From Patescibacteria group bacterium (lineage in GTDB: Bacteria; Patescibacteriota; Minisyncoccia; Phycocordibacterales; JAKAEA01): 64,000 bases of DNA. Below the pieces are notes generated by a model. It was given only the letters and a program-made list of their open reading frames with translations. It had not been told where the DNA came from and did no database searches. The translations under genes were made by a program, and so were the position numbers. Location of the stretch: contig JAZKCY010000001.1 of the NCBI GenBank assembly GCA_040387855.1, positions 632,793-696,792 of the forward strand, given 5' to 3'. Each line of letters begins with the position of its first letter. The stretch's first letter is position 1. Of the stretch, positions 1 through 9,567 are shown one piece after another.

Positions 1-242
1 CGCGTGGATGGTTCTTCTACTTCCACCTGCATTGGTGCTCATACCCGTTTCTCGGACTATTGCTACTCACGACATTTGTGTTCCGGGGCGTGAGTACTAA
101 AGAGGACGAGGATACCGTTTCATGCATCTGGATTTGGTGGAGGAATATCCTTCACAAATTCAGTGCATACACGACGATCCTTTTCGGCCTCGCAAGCATG
201 GTCACCGGCATCGTTCTTCTTATTCAGCTCAAGCAACCCTAG
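1..242 (+). CDS. 3' part of a GC-elevated hypothetical membrane protein (5'-truncated by window edge)
   Basis: Frame of ORF 60..242 is open back to position 3 (RGWFFYFHLHWC...); hydrophobic segments; followed by a terminator. Confidence 0.6.
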   Translation, partial: RGWFFYFHLHWCSYPFLGLLLLTTFVFRGVSTKEDEDTVSCIWIWWRNILHKFSAYTTILFGLASMVTGIVLLIQLKQP

Positions 243-255
243 CGGGTGCTTTTTT
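231..255 (+). terminator. Intrinsic terminator
   Basis: AAGCA-ACCC-tagc-GGGT-GCTT followed by T-run. Confidence 0.65.
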
Positions 256-274
256 ATTTATATATACTAGAGTC

Positions 275-598
275 ATGATTTTAATTACTCACATTATTGC
301 ATCTTTCATAGGAATTATTGGAGCATATCTTGAAGGTTATGCATTCTTCAAAAAGCTGCCTGGTGTTCAGGCTATTGCTACAAAAATAGCATGGATAGGC
401 CTTATCATTCTTTTTATCACAGGCATCTTTTTGTTTTTGGGTGATATTCCAAAATATACTCAGTCTGTTAAATTTATTTCAAACATGTCTGTATTGGCAA
501 TTCTTATAGTGAATGCACTACAAAGAAAAAGCACACGAACTGTGTGCATTTCTCTAATCTGTTGGACCTGGATTCTATTTATCGCTGTGTTCGTCTAA
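275..598 (+). CDS. Small integral membrane protein (about 4 TM), leaderless start
   Basis: TATACT (263-268) 6 nt before ATG 275; hydrophobic helices; upstream part of ORF 122..598 overlaps the previous gene and terminator. Confidence 0.7.
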   Translation: MILITHIIASFIGIIGAYLEGYAFFKKLPGVQAIATKIAWIGLIILFITGIFLFLGDIPKYTQSVKFISNMSVLAILIVNALQRKSTRTVCISLICWTWILFIAVFV

Positions 599-973
599 TG
601 CTGTTTTAATATCCTCTATTATCTGATCGAGTCGATAATCTGCTTTTGTATAATAATTATTTACTCCTAATTTCAAGTATGAAGTTACTTTATCTTGGGT
701 TGCTGTATTTGAGACTACAAATATTGGTATATTTTTCCACGCATCATTATTCTTAAGTTTTGCAACTAGATCTAAACCATTTTCTTTACCGAGCAAATAG
801 TGATCAAGCCATATTACAGAAATATTTCCTACATCTGTGAGATACGCAATTGCTTGATCTACAGAACGTGCAGACAATACATCAAAACCTGTAATTTCAA
901 GTTTCTTTTTTATTGCTTCAAGAAGCGGACGCTCATCTTCTAGTACCAATACTGTTTTGCGTGATTCTGCCAT
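575..973 (-). CDS. Single-domain response regulator (receiver)
   Basis: LVLEDE, WLDHYL phospho-Asp, VVSN, YYTKA. Confidence 0.92.
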   Translation of the reverse strand: MAESRKTVLVLEDERPLLEAIKKKLEITGFDVLSARSVDQAIAYLTDVGNISVIWLDHYLLGKENGLDLVAKLKNNDAWKNIPIFVVSNTATQDKVTSYLKLGVNNYYTKADYRLDQIIEDIKTALDEHSDK

Positions 974-988
974 AAAGATAATTATTAT

Positions 989-2842
989 TTATGATAATCC
1001 TTTGACTCCTTCTTTCTTTTTCATACCCTTAAGTGGTAATGTAACGGTAAATACTGTTCCTTTATTTTCTTCTGACTTAAAACTAATCTTACCACCTGAT
1101 TGTTCAATAATTGATTTTACTATATAAAGCCCAAGTCCGGTACCATCTGTTTCTTTTTCTCGAACATTATCTGCTCTAAATAGTTTGCTAAAAATCTTCG
1201 ATTGCTGCGCTTTTGGAATACCGTATCCTGTATCAGCTACTTTGATTTGCAAAGAAGATTTATTGTTTGAAATATCAATAGTTACATTACCTTTTGGTGG
1301 CGTATATTTGATTGCATTGGTAAGCAAATTTTGTAGCACAATGCGAATTAACTTTGGATCTAGACTTATCAACGGAATATTCTCTGCGTATTTTTTATCC
1401 ACCATTACTTCCCGTGTTTTTATCATCGGGATAAGCTCAGTAAGAAGACTTTCAGATATTTTTGTAATATCTGTTGGTTCTGGCTCGACAGCAAAAGTCC
1501 CCAAATCAATTCGAGAAACATTGAGTAATGCATTTACTAGTTCAACCATACGTTGGTTACCTGTATATATTTCTTGAATATATTGAGTTTGATCTGGAGT
1601 TAATTTTCCAGCATCTCCCGCAAGAAGCATTTCAGCATACCAATTAATAGTAGAAAGTGGAGTTCGTAATTGATGTGATGCAAGAGATACGAATTCTGTT
1701 TTTGCACGATCGATCTCTCTCTCTTTAGTAATATTCTGGGTAGTTCCTAAAAGCTTGATTGGATTATTATGTTCATCAACCACAACTTTACCCTGTGTTC
1801 GGAGCCAACGTATACTGCCATCTTTTAGATTGATTCGATACACATTGTCATAAGGAGCGTGAGTCTTAATAGCTCTTTCTACATTTTCTTGAGTAACCTT
1901 TCGATCATCTGGGTGAATAAGCTCTGTGAATGTCTCTGGTGTTAATTCTCCCCCCTCAGGTGTACGTTCATGAAGCTCAAACATCATATCCGACCAATCA
2001 AATTTATTTGTCTTAATATCCCATGCATAGTTTCCAATCTGACCAATCTTTTGAGCATCAATGAGTTCTGCATCTTTCACTTTGAGAGATTCATTTATTT
2101 TCTCAATATTAGACTTTGACTCTTCTAAATCCTCCAAAAGATTCATCATAGCTTTCTTAGTCTTCTGTAATGTTGTGTTTTGCTTTACTACCTGATCTTG
2201 ATTTGTTGAAGCTATTCGGGTCTCTTCCTGTAAATACGAATTTAATTCTTTCAGTTCTTTAGTTGTATTAATTATTTTTTTCTCAAAATTTTCCTGAATG
2301 CTTTGATAAAAATAGACAAGCAATGTCACTGCAATTAAACTTGCTACCATCTGTCGGATAACGACAAGTGGATATGCAAGTGTAATAATTTCACTTGCTT
2401 GAGCAAATGAAGCTACTATAGTAATACCTATCAACGCACCAACCCACATAATGCCGTCCTTTGTACCTCGTAGAAAAAATGCTAAAACTGGAAACGTGAA
2501 ATACCAATATATTCCAGTACCCTCAATACCTCCTGAATAAAGTAGTGATATCAAGACAAATATCATAATTCCAAGTGCACGATTTGCTGCTTGTCGAGGT
2601 TTTTTCTGGAAATGAAAAATAATTATATTAGATATTAGAAGCGCGGCAAATACTAACTCTAGTGTACCCATACTTTTTAGAGTATCTATGTGGCTTATAC
2701 CAAATATAGAAAGTGAAAGTATTCCTACAATAGAAAAAGCATTTACAAAGATAGTATGACGCTGTTCGGTGTCACTATATGTTTGTGGCAATCCATTGTG
2801 GATATATTTTTTCCACAAAGATATGAAATTGCTATATATCAT
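989..2842 (-). CDS. Membrane-bound PAS sensor histidine kinase
   Basis: About 6 N-terminal TM helices, coiled coil, PAS_3-like domain, H-box ASHQLRTP, N-box NLLTNAIKY, G-box GTGLGL. Confidence 0.93.
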   Translation of the reverse strand: MIYSNFISLWKKYIHNGLPQTYSDTEQRHTIFVNAFSIVGILSLSIFGISHIDTLKSMGTLELVFAALLISNIIIFHFQKKPRQAANRALGIMIFVLISLLYSGGIEGTGIYWYFTFPVLAFFLRGTKDGIMWVGALIGITIVASFAQASEIITLAYPLVVIRQMVASLIAVTLLVYFYQSIQENFEKKIINTTKELKELNSYLQEETRIASTNQDQVVKQNTTLQKTKKAMMNLLEDLEESKSNIEKINESLKVKDAELIDAQKIGQIGNYAWDIKTNKFDWSDMMFELHERTPEGGELTPETFTELIHPDDRKVTQENVERAIKTHAPYDNVYRINLKDGSIRWLRTQGKVVVDEHNNPIKLLGTTQNITKEREIDRAKTEFVSLASHQLRTPLSTINWYAEMLLAGDAGKLTPDQTQYIQEIYTGNQRMVELVNALLNVSRIDLGTFAVEPEPTDITKISESLLTELIPMIKTREVMVDKKYAENIPLISLDPKLIRIVLQNLLTNAIKYTPPKGNVTIDISNNKSSLQIKVADTGYGIPKAQQSKIFSKLFRADNVREKETDGTGLGLYIVKSIIEQSGGKISFKSEENKGTVFTVTLPLKGMKKKEGVKGLS

Positions 2843-4131
2843 TGCTTTTTATATTTTGCTATTTCCTTCTTCAAATCAGACATTTTTAATTCACGATCGA
2901 GCATAACATTATTCAATAGCTCCAACTCGGCACTTCTATCACGCAACGAAACATTAATCTTTTCTATTTCTTCAGTTCGTTCCTTAACTTTCTTTTCTAG
3001 AGTGATATTTGCAGCATTAATCTTTTCAGACATACTATTAAACACAGCTGCTAACGTACCGATTTCATCATTACCACTAAACGGCACTTTTGCAGATGTA
3101 TCCCCAGCACCCATTTTTTCAAGAGTCTTAGTAACAATCTTTATTGGAATAAATACTTTTCGATCAATAATCCACCACAGAATGATTCCAAACACTCCTA
3201 CGATCATCGTAATATAGAATGTAAGTTGTCGTATAAGCGAATCAATATGAATAGCAGCCAAATCTTCTTTGATTGTTGCGATAGGTACAGATACAGAAAC
3301 ACGCCATTTTCTTTCAGGAGAGAGATTAACTGGCGCAGAGGCTCCCACTTTTTCTTGAGAATCAAAACCAAATCTTGTAACTTTTGATACCCCTGCTTTT
3401 ATATCGGCAATTGTTTTTTCAGGAGGTGTACCATTTGTAACCAAGCTTTGAAATTCTGGAGATGCAATATTTTTTCCAATCAGTTCTGTTTTATAGTTGT
3501 ATAAAATAGAACCATCATCATCATACAAGTTTATAAACCCATCTTTTGCAAATTGAACATTTGAAATATATTGCTGCTGAATGTCATTTAGATAAATAGC
3601 CCCTCCTAGAGTTCCTAGGAATTCTTTTTCGTCACCAAAAACAGGTACATGCACAGCAACGAGAAAGCTTGTTGCTCCAGCTGGTTTTATAGATCGGCTC
3701 ATAACAGGCTCATGAAGAGGATCTTCAAAAATTTTGGTTATGTATGGGCCCAATTTAGAAGCTTCTGTTCCAACAAGTGCTCTGTTTACTGAACACTTAA
3801 AAGTGCCGTCTGCATCCACTCGTCCCAAGTTTCCGAGTTTGGTCTTACCTCCTTCCTTAATTTGATCAAGTTTTGCATTACACTCATCGGTATCTCCATA
3901 TTTAATTTCAGGCAACTCAGAAATAAAATAAAGTTGTTTTTCAAGTGAAAGGATTTCAATTTCAATTGTTTGAGCAACCTGACTTGCAATTAGTTTTTCC
4001 TGTTCACCATAATCAGTAATGAGATTATCAGTAATCTTATTCTTTATATAATTTGATGAAATCATTCCACCAATAATAATAAGGACTATGACACTTACTG
4101 TTATTATAATAAAGAGCGTACGTTTGTTCAT
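2839..4131 (-). CDS. Membrane sensor protein, Cache + HAMP, no catalytic output domain
   Basis: TM - extracytoplasmic Cache-like region - TM - HAMP (NDEIGTLAAVFNSM) - coiled coil ending NNVMLDRELKMSDLKKEI. Confidence 0.85.
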   Translation of the reverse strand: MNKRTLFIIITVSVIVLIIIGGMISSNYIKNKITDNLITDYGEQEKLIASQVAQTIEIEILSLEKQLYFISELPEIKYGDTDECNAKLDQIKEGGKTKLGNLGRVDADGTFKCSVNRALVGTEASKLGPYITKIFEDPLHEPVMSRSIKPAGATSFLVAVHVPVFGDEKEFLGTLGGAIYLNDIQQQYISNVQFAKDGFINLYDDDGSILYNYKTELIGKNIASPEFQSLVTNGTPPEKTIADIKAGVSKVTRFGFDSQEKVGASAPVNLSPERKWRVSVSVPIATIKEDLAAIHIDSLIRQLTFYITMIVGVFGIILWWIIDRKVFIPIKIVTKTLEKMGAGDTSAKVPFSGNDEIGTLAAVFNSMSEKINAANITLEKKVKERTEEIEKINVSLRDRSAELELLNNVMLDRELKMSDLKKEIAKYKKQ

Positions 4132-4133
4132 GA

Positions 4134-5798
4134 TTACAATTCTTGGTTATAAATATTCTCTTTTGCTGGTGCAACTACGCGTAATAGTTCTTCTAAAGTA
4201 GTAATTCCATTTTTAACCTTAATCAATCCGTCATCAAACATTGAATGAGCTCCTTGTGACTTAGCCATTTTCCAGACTTCTTGAGTAGATGGACTCTTTA
4301 AAATAAGACTCTGCAATTCTGGTGTTGTATATACTATTTCAAATACAGCTATTCTTCCCTTAAAGCCTGTTGAATTACACAGTGCACATCCCTTCCCTCT
4401 ATAAAGTGTTACTGATTCATTTGAGAAATATCTTTCTGGATTATCAATAATTTTAGTAAGCTCTTGATGAGTACTTACATAGCTATATCTACATGCATCA
4501 CAAATTTTCCGAACTAATCTTTGTCCAATTACAATTTCAAGTGTTGAAGAAAGTAAGAATGGCTCTATACCCATATCTAAAAGGCGTGGAAAGGCCGTAG
4601 CAGCATCATTTGCATGAAAGGATGACAATACTAAGTGACCAGTAAGTGCTGCGTTTGCAGCTATTTCTGCTGTTTCTTTATCTCTAATTTCTCCCACCAA
4701 AATAATGTTTGGATCTTGTCGAACAATTGATCGCAACCCCTGAGCAAATGTTAGGTGACTATTCTCATTTACCTGAATATGATTTACACCTGGGATTTTA
4801 TATTCAACAGGATCTTCGATAGTTGTAACGTTTACATCAGGTCTATTGAGCATTTTTAAAATACTATAGAGCGTTGTCGTTTTTCCAGATCCAGTGGGAC
4901 CAACTGTCAAAATAAGTCCGAACGGATTTTTTGCAATCTTCATGATGAGCGCCTGATCCTCAGACGAAAGACCCAGTTCTGTAGTTGAAAGATTCTTTAC
5001 ATATTCAGACAACAAACGAATAACTATCTTTTCTCCATCAATAGTTGGCACAATAGAAATACGTAGGTCTACATTCCGATCATTATGCTTTAATCGAATA
5101 GCCCCATCTTGTGATGCAGTATGTTCATCTGTCGATAGATTTGCTCGAAGTTTTACAACACGAAGTACATTTGCATATGCGTCCTTAGGGATCTCAGCTA
5201 CTTGTTCAAGCATTCCATCTATACGGAATCGCACTCGTACAATAGTTTCTCCAGGTTCAAAGTGAATATCTGATACCTGAAATGACATAGCATCGGCTAA
5301 AATTTCTTCTATGATACTTGGAGCAACCGTCTTTTGCTTAAGAATCTCTGCAAATCGTACTTCAAGCTTTTTCTGAGATTTTAAAATAATATTCTCTATG
5401 TTTTCACTAAAAGTGTATGCATATTTTATTTTTGCTCCGGGAAAAATACGGCTAACAACCATAGGATCTAGATCCTTTGGATTATCTGTAGCAATAGTAA
5501 TCTGATTATCCTCTTTTGCGATTACTACAATATGTGAATGTCGAGCAATAGGTTCCGGTATAAGATTTATATACTCTTTAGGAACATTCTGAGGAGTTAT
5601 AGCAACAAATTCAATACCATATGATTCTGCAATGGCTTGTCCGAGCAAATCTCTTGAAAGATATTGTTCACGGATAAGGTAATCTATGAAGGAAATATTT
5701 TCTTTTTTTGCATTTAATTCAGCTTTAGTAGCATCATCAACTGAGATATAGTTTTGCTTTAAAAGAATATACTTTACATTTGCCTCATCTAATCTCAT
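4134..5798 (-). CDS. GspE/PilB-family secretion/pilus assembly ATPase
   Basis: SDIHFEP, RFRIDG, Walker A GPTGSGKT, TIEDPVE, RQDPNIILVGEIRD, ALTGHLV, tetracysteine motif CDAC/CALC. Confidence 0.95.
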   Translation of the reverse strand: MRLDEANVKYILLKQNYISVDDATKAELNAKKENISFIDYLIREQYLSRDLLGQAIAESYGIEFVAITPQNVPKEYINLIPEPIARHSHIVVIAKEDNQITIATDNPKDLDPMVVSRIFPGAKIKYAYTFSENIENIILKSQKKLEVRFAEILKQKTVAPSIIEEILADAMSFQVSDIHFEPGETIVRVRFRIDGMLEQVAEIPKDAYANVLRVVKLRANLSTDEHTASQDGAIRLKHNDRNVDLRISIVPTIDGEKIVIRLLSEYVKNLSTTELGLSSEDQALIMKIAKNPFGLILTVGPTGSGKTTTLYSILKMLNRPDVNVTTIEDPVEYKIPGVNHIQVNENSHLTFAQGLRSIVRQDPNIILVGEIRDKETAEIAANAALTGHLVLSSFHANDAATAFPRLLDMGIEPFLLSSTLEIVIGQRLVRKICDACRYSYVSTHQELTKIIDNPERYFSNESVTLYRGKGCALCNSTGFKGRIAVFEIVYTTPELQSLILKSPSTQEVWKMAKSQGAHSMFDDGLIKVKNGITTLEELLRVVAPAKENIYNQEL

Positions 5799-5808
5799 GG
5801 TAAATAAA

Positions 5809-6186
5809 TTACACTACATGAAGAAACTCTTTGATTGTTTCTATTATTTTTAATAATGGCGTGTTTGATTTGATAAGATACCCCTGCGCTCCCAATTCTC
5901 TGGCTTTTTTCTCATCTTCCTGCTGACTTAAATTTGAAGTTACAAAAATAGGAGTAGTGTTACCCTTTTCCTTAAGTTCAGCAAGTACTCCAAATCCATC
6001 TTTTTTTGGAATAACAAGATCGAGCAATACAAGATCATATGAATTTGTAAGAATATGCTCTAACGCGGCTTCTCCATCATGGGCAACATCGGCATCAAAT
6101 CCAGAGCTTTTTAATTTTAATTCAAGAGCATGAGCCATTGGCTTCTCATCTTCCACAACAAGTATTTTTTTCTTTAGTTCTGACAT
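5809..6186 (-). CDS. Single-domain response regulator (receiver)
   Basis: ILVVEDE, LLDLVIP, TSNL, LIKS; start moved to ATG 6186, preceded by TATACT at 7 nt. Confidence 0.92.
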   Translation of the reverse strand: MSELKKKILVVEDEKPMAHALELKLKSSGFDADVAHDGEAALEHILTNSYDLVLLDLVIPKKDGFGVLAELKEKGNTTPIFVTSNLSQQEDEKKARELGAQGYLIKSNTPLLKIIETIKEFLHVV

Positions 6187-6207
6187 GTATCGAAGTATAC
6201 CATGACG

Positions 6208-6234
6208 AAAACACAGTCTCGTATGAGACTGTGT
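6208..6234 (-). terminator. Intrinsic terminator of the DEAD-box/Zn-ribbon transcript
   Basis: Perfect 10-bp stem ACACAGTCTC-N4-GAGACTGTGT followed by T residues on minus strand. Confidence 0.75.
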
Positions 6235-6263
6235 ATATCGTTGACTTTGATTAAAGAAATATG

Positions 6264-6431
6264 TTACGCGTGAGCTTCTTTGGCCATGCACTTCACACAA
6301 ATCTTTTGTTCAGGTCGTGTCTTAATATATTTGTTTGCACAAGCAGAGCAAACCAAAATTTCAGAACGCGTAGGCTTGTGTACCCACTTTCCATCTCGCT
6401 GAAATGTTTTTGTTGGTTGTAGTTTAAGCAT
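6264..6431 (-). CDS. Small Zn-ribbon protein, 55 aa (not in ORF track)
   Basis: Hand translation MLKLQPTKTFQRDGKWVHKPTRSEILVCSACANKYIKTRPEQKICVKCMAKEAHA; CxxC-x13-CxxC; lies between DEAD-box stop and terminator. Confidence 0.75.
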   Translation of the reverse strand: MLKLQPTKTFQRDGKWVHKPTRSEILVCSACANKYIKTRPEQKICVKCMAKEAHA

Positions 6432-6453
6432 AAACGTTATTGTTAATTAATTA

Positions 6454-7824
6454 CTAGTTATCTAAGAATGTAAGTGCAATTCCCTTCTTTCCTCCTCGTC
6501 CTGTTCGTCCAATTCGGTGAACATAATCTTCATAGGTTGCAGGAATATCGAAGTTGATCACATGTGATACACCGTTGATATCAAGACCTCGAGCAGCAAC
6601 ATCAGTTGCAACAAGAGCCTGAACTTTATTTTCTTTAAAGAGAGCAAGGGCTTTCTGTCGTCGAGACTGATTTTTATCTCCGTGAATTGATTCTGCACGA
6701 ATACCTCGTTCTTCAAGTACCTTTGAGAGCTTTTCTACTCCGTGTTTTGTACGGCCGAAAATAAGAACTTTGTTAAATTCTGGTAACTTTAAGAGTGACT
6801 GGAGTACATCGATCTTCATTTCTCCTGGTTTCAATCGAATAACGTCTTGATCAACGTTCTTTGATGTATCCTGAGTTTTAACTGAAATCTTAACAGGCTC
6901 TTTTAAGAAATCCTGGATAAGCTTTTCAATATCAGGTGAAAGTGTAGCTGAGAAGAAGAGTGTATGTCGCTGTTTTGGCATTCCGGCCATGATAAATTTC
7001 ATGTCGTTGATGAATCCCATGTCCAACATTCGATCAGCTTCATCAAGCACAATAGTCTGAAACTTAGATAGATCGATGAATTTTCTTTGGATCAAATCTT
7101 TAAGTCGTCCTGGTGTACCAATAAGGAAGTTGTGACTTCGGCGAAGATCATTGATCTGTCGGCCAATGTGAGCACCTCCCACTGCACATACTGAAAACAT
7201 TTTGAGTCCAAATGAGAACCCTCGAAATTCTTGATCAATTTGCTGAGCAAGCTCTCGTGTGGGAGCAATAATAATTACTTTCTCGTTAGGATTTAAAAGT
7301 ACTTTGTGAATAAGTGGAATAAGAAACGCTGCTGTTTTACCAGTACCAGTGTTTGCAATACCTACGATATCAGCACCTCGAAGAATATGTGGGATTGATC
7401 GGTCCTGAATAGGTGTTGGCTGTACATACCCCTTCTTTGTAATAGAAGTTTTAAGTACATCGTGGATTTTAAAATCCTGGAATGTGTGTTCAGGGACAAA
7501 GTGTTCTACCTGTTCGGTAATTACTGCTTTGTTGATAAATTTATTAGGATCAATATATTGACCCATATTTGGACGGCCACGTCGTTGACCTCCTCCATTA
7601 CCAAATCGCTGTGGGGGTCGAGAAAATCGAGATCCACTTTGTGGTCGTGATGAATAGCCTCCAGTTCGTGGAGCTGATGAATATCCAGAACTTCGCTGTG
7701 AAGATCCAGAATAACCTGGTTTTGAAAAACCTGGCTTTTGGTAACCGCCAATTCGACGGTCACTATAATTTCCTCCTCCTACACTTTTTCGTGGAGAAGA
7801 ACTTTGTGAATTTTTTTGATACAT
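6454..7824 (-). CDS. DEAD-box ATP-dependent RNA helicase (RhlE/CshA-like)
   Basis: Q motif PTPIQ, TGTGKT, PTRELA, DEAD, SAT, ARGLD, HRIGRTGR; G/R/S-rich N-terminal tail. Confidence 0.96.
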   Translation of the reverse strand: MYQKNSQSSSPRKSVGGGNYSDRRIGGYQKPGFSKPGYSGSSQRSSGYSSAPRTGGYSSRPQSGSRFSRPPQRFGNGGGQRRGRPNMGQYIDPNKFINKAVITEQVEHFVPEHTFQDFKIHDVLKTSITKKGYVQPTPIQDRSIPHILRGADIVGIANTGTGKTAAFLIPLIHKVLLNPNEKVIIIAPTRELAQQIDQEFRGFSFGLKMFSVCAVGGAHIGRQINDLRRSHNFLIGTPGRLKDLIQRKFIDLSKFQTIVLDEADRMLDMGFINDMKFIMAGMPKQRHTLFFSATLSPDIEKLIQDFLKEPVKISVKTQDTSKNVDQDVIRLKPGEMKIDVLQSLLKLPEFNKVLIFGRTKHGVEKLSKVLEERGIRAESIHGDKNQSRRQKALALFKENKVQALVATDVAARGLDINGVSHVINFDIPATYEDYVHRIGRTGRGGKKGIALTFLDN

Positions 7825-7865
7825 ATAATTAAATACAAATAGTTACTTACTAATTAAGCATGTGA

Positions 7866-7970
7866 CACCGTAAACTACGGCCATAGTTATGAGAAGTTCG
7901 AGTTTGGCCACAAATCTATAAGATAGAATGGCGAACCCGAGAGGGTTCGCCACTCCTTCTCATCAACTTA
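7866..7970 (-). promoter_or_regulatory. Structured RNA element between RRM gene and DEAD-box helicase
   Basis: 10-bp hairpin TGGCGAACCC/GGGTTCGCCA (7928-7951) enclosed by ATGAGAAG/CTTCTCAT helix; further CCGTA/TACGG hairpin. Confidence 0.5.
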
Positions 7971-7981
7971 TGATGTGCGAT

Positions 7982-8275
7982 TTAGTTTCTCCAACCGCCG
8001 TTTCCACCTCCTCCACCTGTTCGTGGTTCTTGTGGTCGAGCTTCGTTAACAGTAAGAGTTCGTCCTTCGAATTCCTGACCGTTAAACATGTTGATAGCAG
8101 CCTGAGCTTCTTCATCTGTTGAATATTCAACGAATCCGAATCCCTTTGATTTTCCTGACATTTTGTCAATGATAATCTTAGCTGATTTTACTGATCCTGC
8201 CTTTGAAAATTCTTGTTCAAATGCAGCTTCTGTTGTGCCGTATGAAAGGCCTCCAACGTAGAGTCTTGATGCCAT
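7982..8275 (-). CDS. RRM (RNP-1) RNA-binding protein
   Basis: RNP2 LYVGGL, RNP1 KGFGFVEY, Gly-rich C-terminus. Confidence 0.96.
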   Translation of the reverse strand: MASRLYVGGLSYGTTEAAFEQEFSKAGSVKSAKIIIDKMSGKSKGFGFVEYSTDEEAQAAINMFNGQEFEGRTLTVNEARPQEPRTGGGGGNGGWRN

Positions 8276-8373
8276 GTGCTTACAAATCTAGTCTTTATAA
8301 TTAAACGTAAGGTGACTAGCTTCCCTTTAGTTTCCTTTATAGAGACACTAAGAGAGATATACTTACAAAGCCA

Positions 8374-8401
8374 TACTATACCAGAATAGCCTTTTTGTCA
8401 A
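8374..8401 (-). promoter_or_regulatory. Putative sigma70 promoter of RRM gene
   Basis: TTGACA ... TGG-TATAGT on minus strand (15-nt spacer, extended -10), about 95-nt leader. Confidence 0.5.
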
Positions 8402-8412
8402 GGTAAAAAGCC

Positions 8413-9522
8413 TTATTTAAAGGTTATTACTACTATCTCACTCTTTGTGCCCACACGTAATGGTGGTCCCCATGTACCAGCTCCTGAGGTTACGAGCACC
8501 TGAAGGGCTCCTAGAGGCTTAAGACCATAGTCATAGCCCTTATATACGGCTTTTGTAATAAGACTAAGTGGAAAAACCTGTGCTCTATGAGTATGTCCAG
8601 AAACCTGGAGATCTACTCCTGCTTCTTCTGCAGTCTCAAGGTTTAGAGGTACATGTTTAATAAGTAAGCTTGGTTTATCTTCTTCAAGCTTAATATCTTT
8701 AAGTATTCTCTCGAACTCAGCCTGTTTAGTAGTAGTTACATAATCAACTCCTGCAATTTGTAAGCCATCAACTTCTACTTTTTCATTATTAAGCACAGTG
8801 AAGCCAAAGCTTTTTACTGCTGCCATAAATCCTGGAGTGTCACCATATTCTTCATGATTTCCTGCTACATAAAAATGACCAAGAGGTGGCCTTAGTTCTG
8901 AAAAAGGTTTAGCAACAGAAACTGGGTCAACTTTGGGTCCATCATAAAAGTCGCCTGCATTTAAGATCAAATCTGGATTAATTTCCTGAATTTTATTTAC
9001 TACTTTTCGAGAAAATTTTACTCCGTTTACTTGACCCAAGTGCACATCAGAGATAAAGACAGCTTTTCTTCCCTTCCATGAATCTGGAAGATTAGGCAAC
9101 CACATAGTAACTTCAGTAGTTTTGATGTCTCTTGCATTAAGTAGGCCGTAAACGCCTACGAGCACGGCAATCACAATTAATACTCTACCAATGAGCAACG
9201 CTGGGATAGATGGGATTAAATAAAGAGAAACATACACAATAAGTCCATAGATAACTCCCGCTAAAAATAGATACAATAAAAAGCCCAACCACACTACAGA
9301 CATTGTATAAAACAATCGAGTCAAAAATGTATCATAATTTCTAGTGAGAATAGAAGAAACTATAAAACTAAGTGTGAGGAGAATAAATATTACTTTAAGC
9401 CACAATACTAGCTGAACATTTGTGAGCACAAAAATAGAAACGAGCGTTTTGTATGCTACGTAGTGAACCGCAAAGAGTAGTGATAGCAGTGTCGCAAAAA
9501 ACAATATAAATGACGGAATCAT
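8413..9522 (-). CDS. Membrane-anchored metallophosphoesterase (YkuE/YaeI-like)
   Basis: SDVHLG, GDFYDG, GNHE, SGHTH motifs; N-terminal TM helices. Confidence 0.92.
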   Translation of the reverse strand: MIPSFILFFATLLSLLFAVHYVAYKTLVSIFVLTNVQLVLWLKVIFILLTLSFIVSSILTRNYDTFLTRLFYTMSVVWLGFLLYLFLAGVIYGLIVYVSLYLIPSIPALLIGRVLIVIAVLVGVYGLLNARDIKTTEVTMWLPNLPDSWKGRKAVFISDVHLGQVNGVKFSRKVVNKIQEINPDLILNAGDFYDGPKVDPVSVAKPFSELRPPLGHFYVAGNHEEYGDTPGFMAAVKSFGFTVLNNEKVEVDGLQIAGVDYVTTTKQAEFERILKDIKLEEDKPSLLIKHVPLNLETAEEAGVDLQVSGHTHRAQVFPLSLITKAVYKGYDYGLKPLGALQVLVTSGAGTWGPPLRVGTKSEIVVITFK

Positions 9523-9567
9523 TGGAATAGTATACGTAAAAACACATCTTTATGCTAGGATGGCCCC

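Noticed and set aside
6187-6300. ORF-track N-terminal extension of the receiver (similar extensions at 44765-44851, 51559-51663, 61246-61377, 122-274)
   Set aside because: Extensions cross terminators, promoters or neighbouring genes; downstream ATGs match domain starts and promoter spacing.
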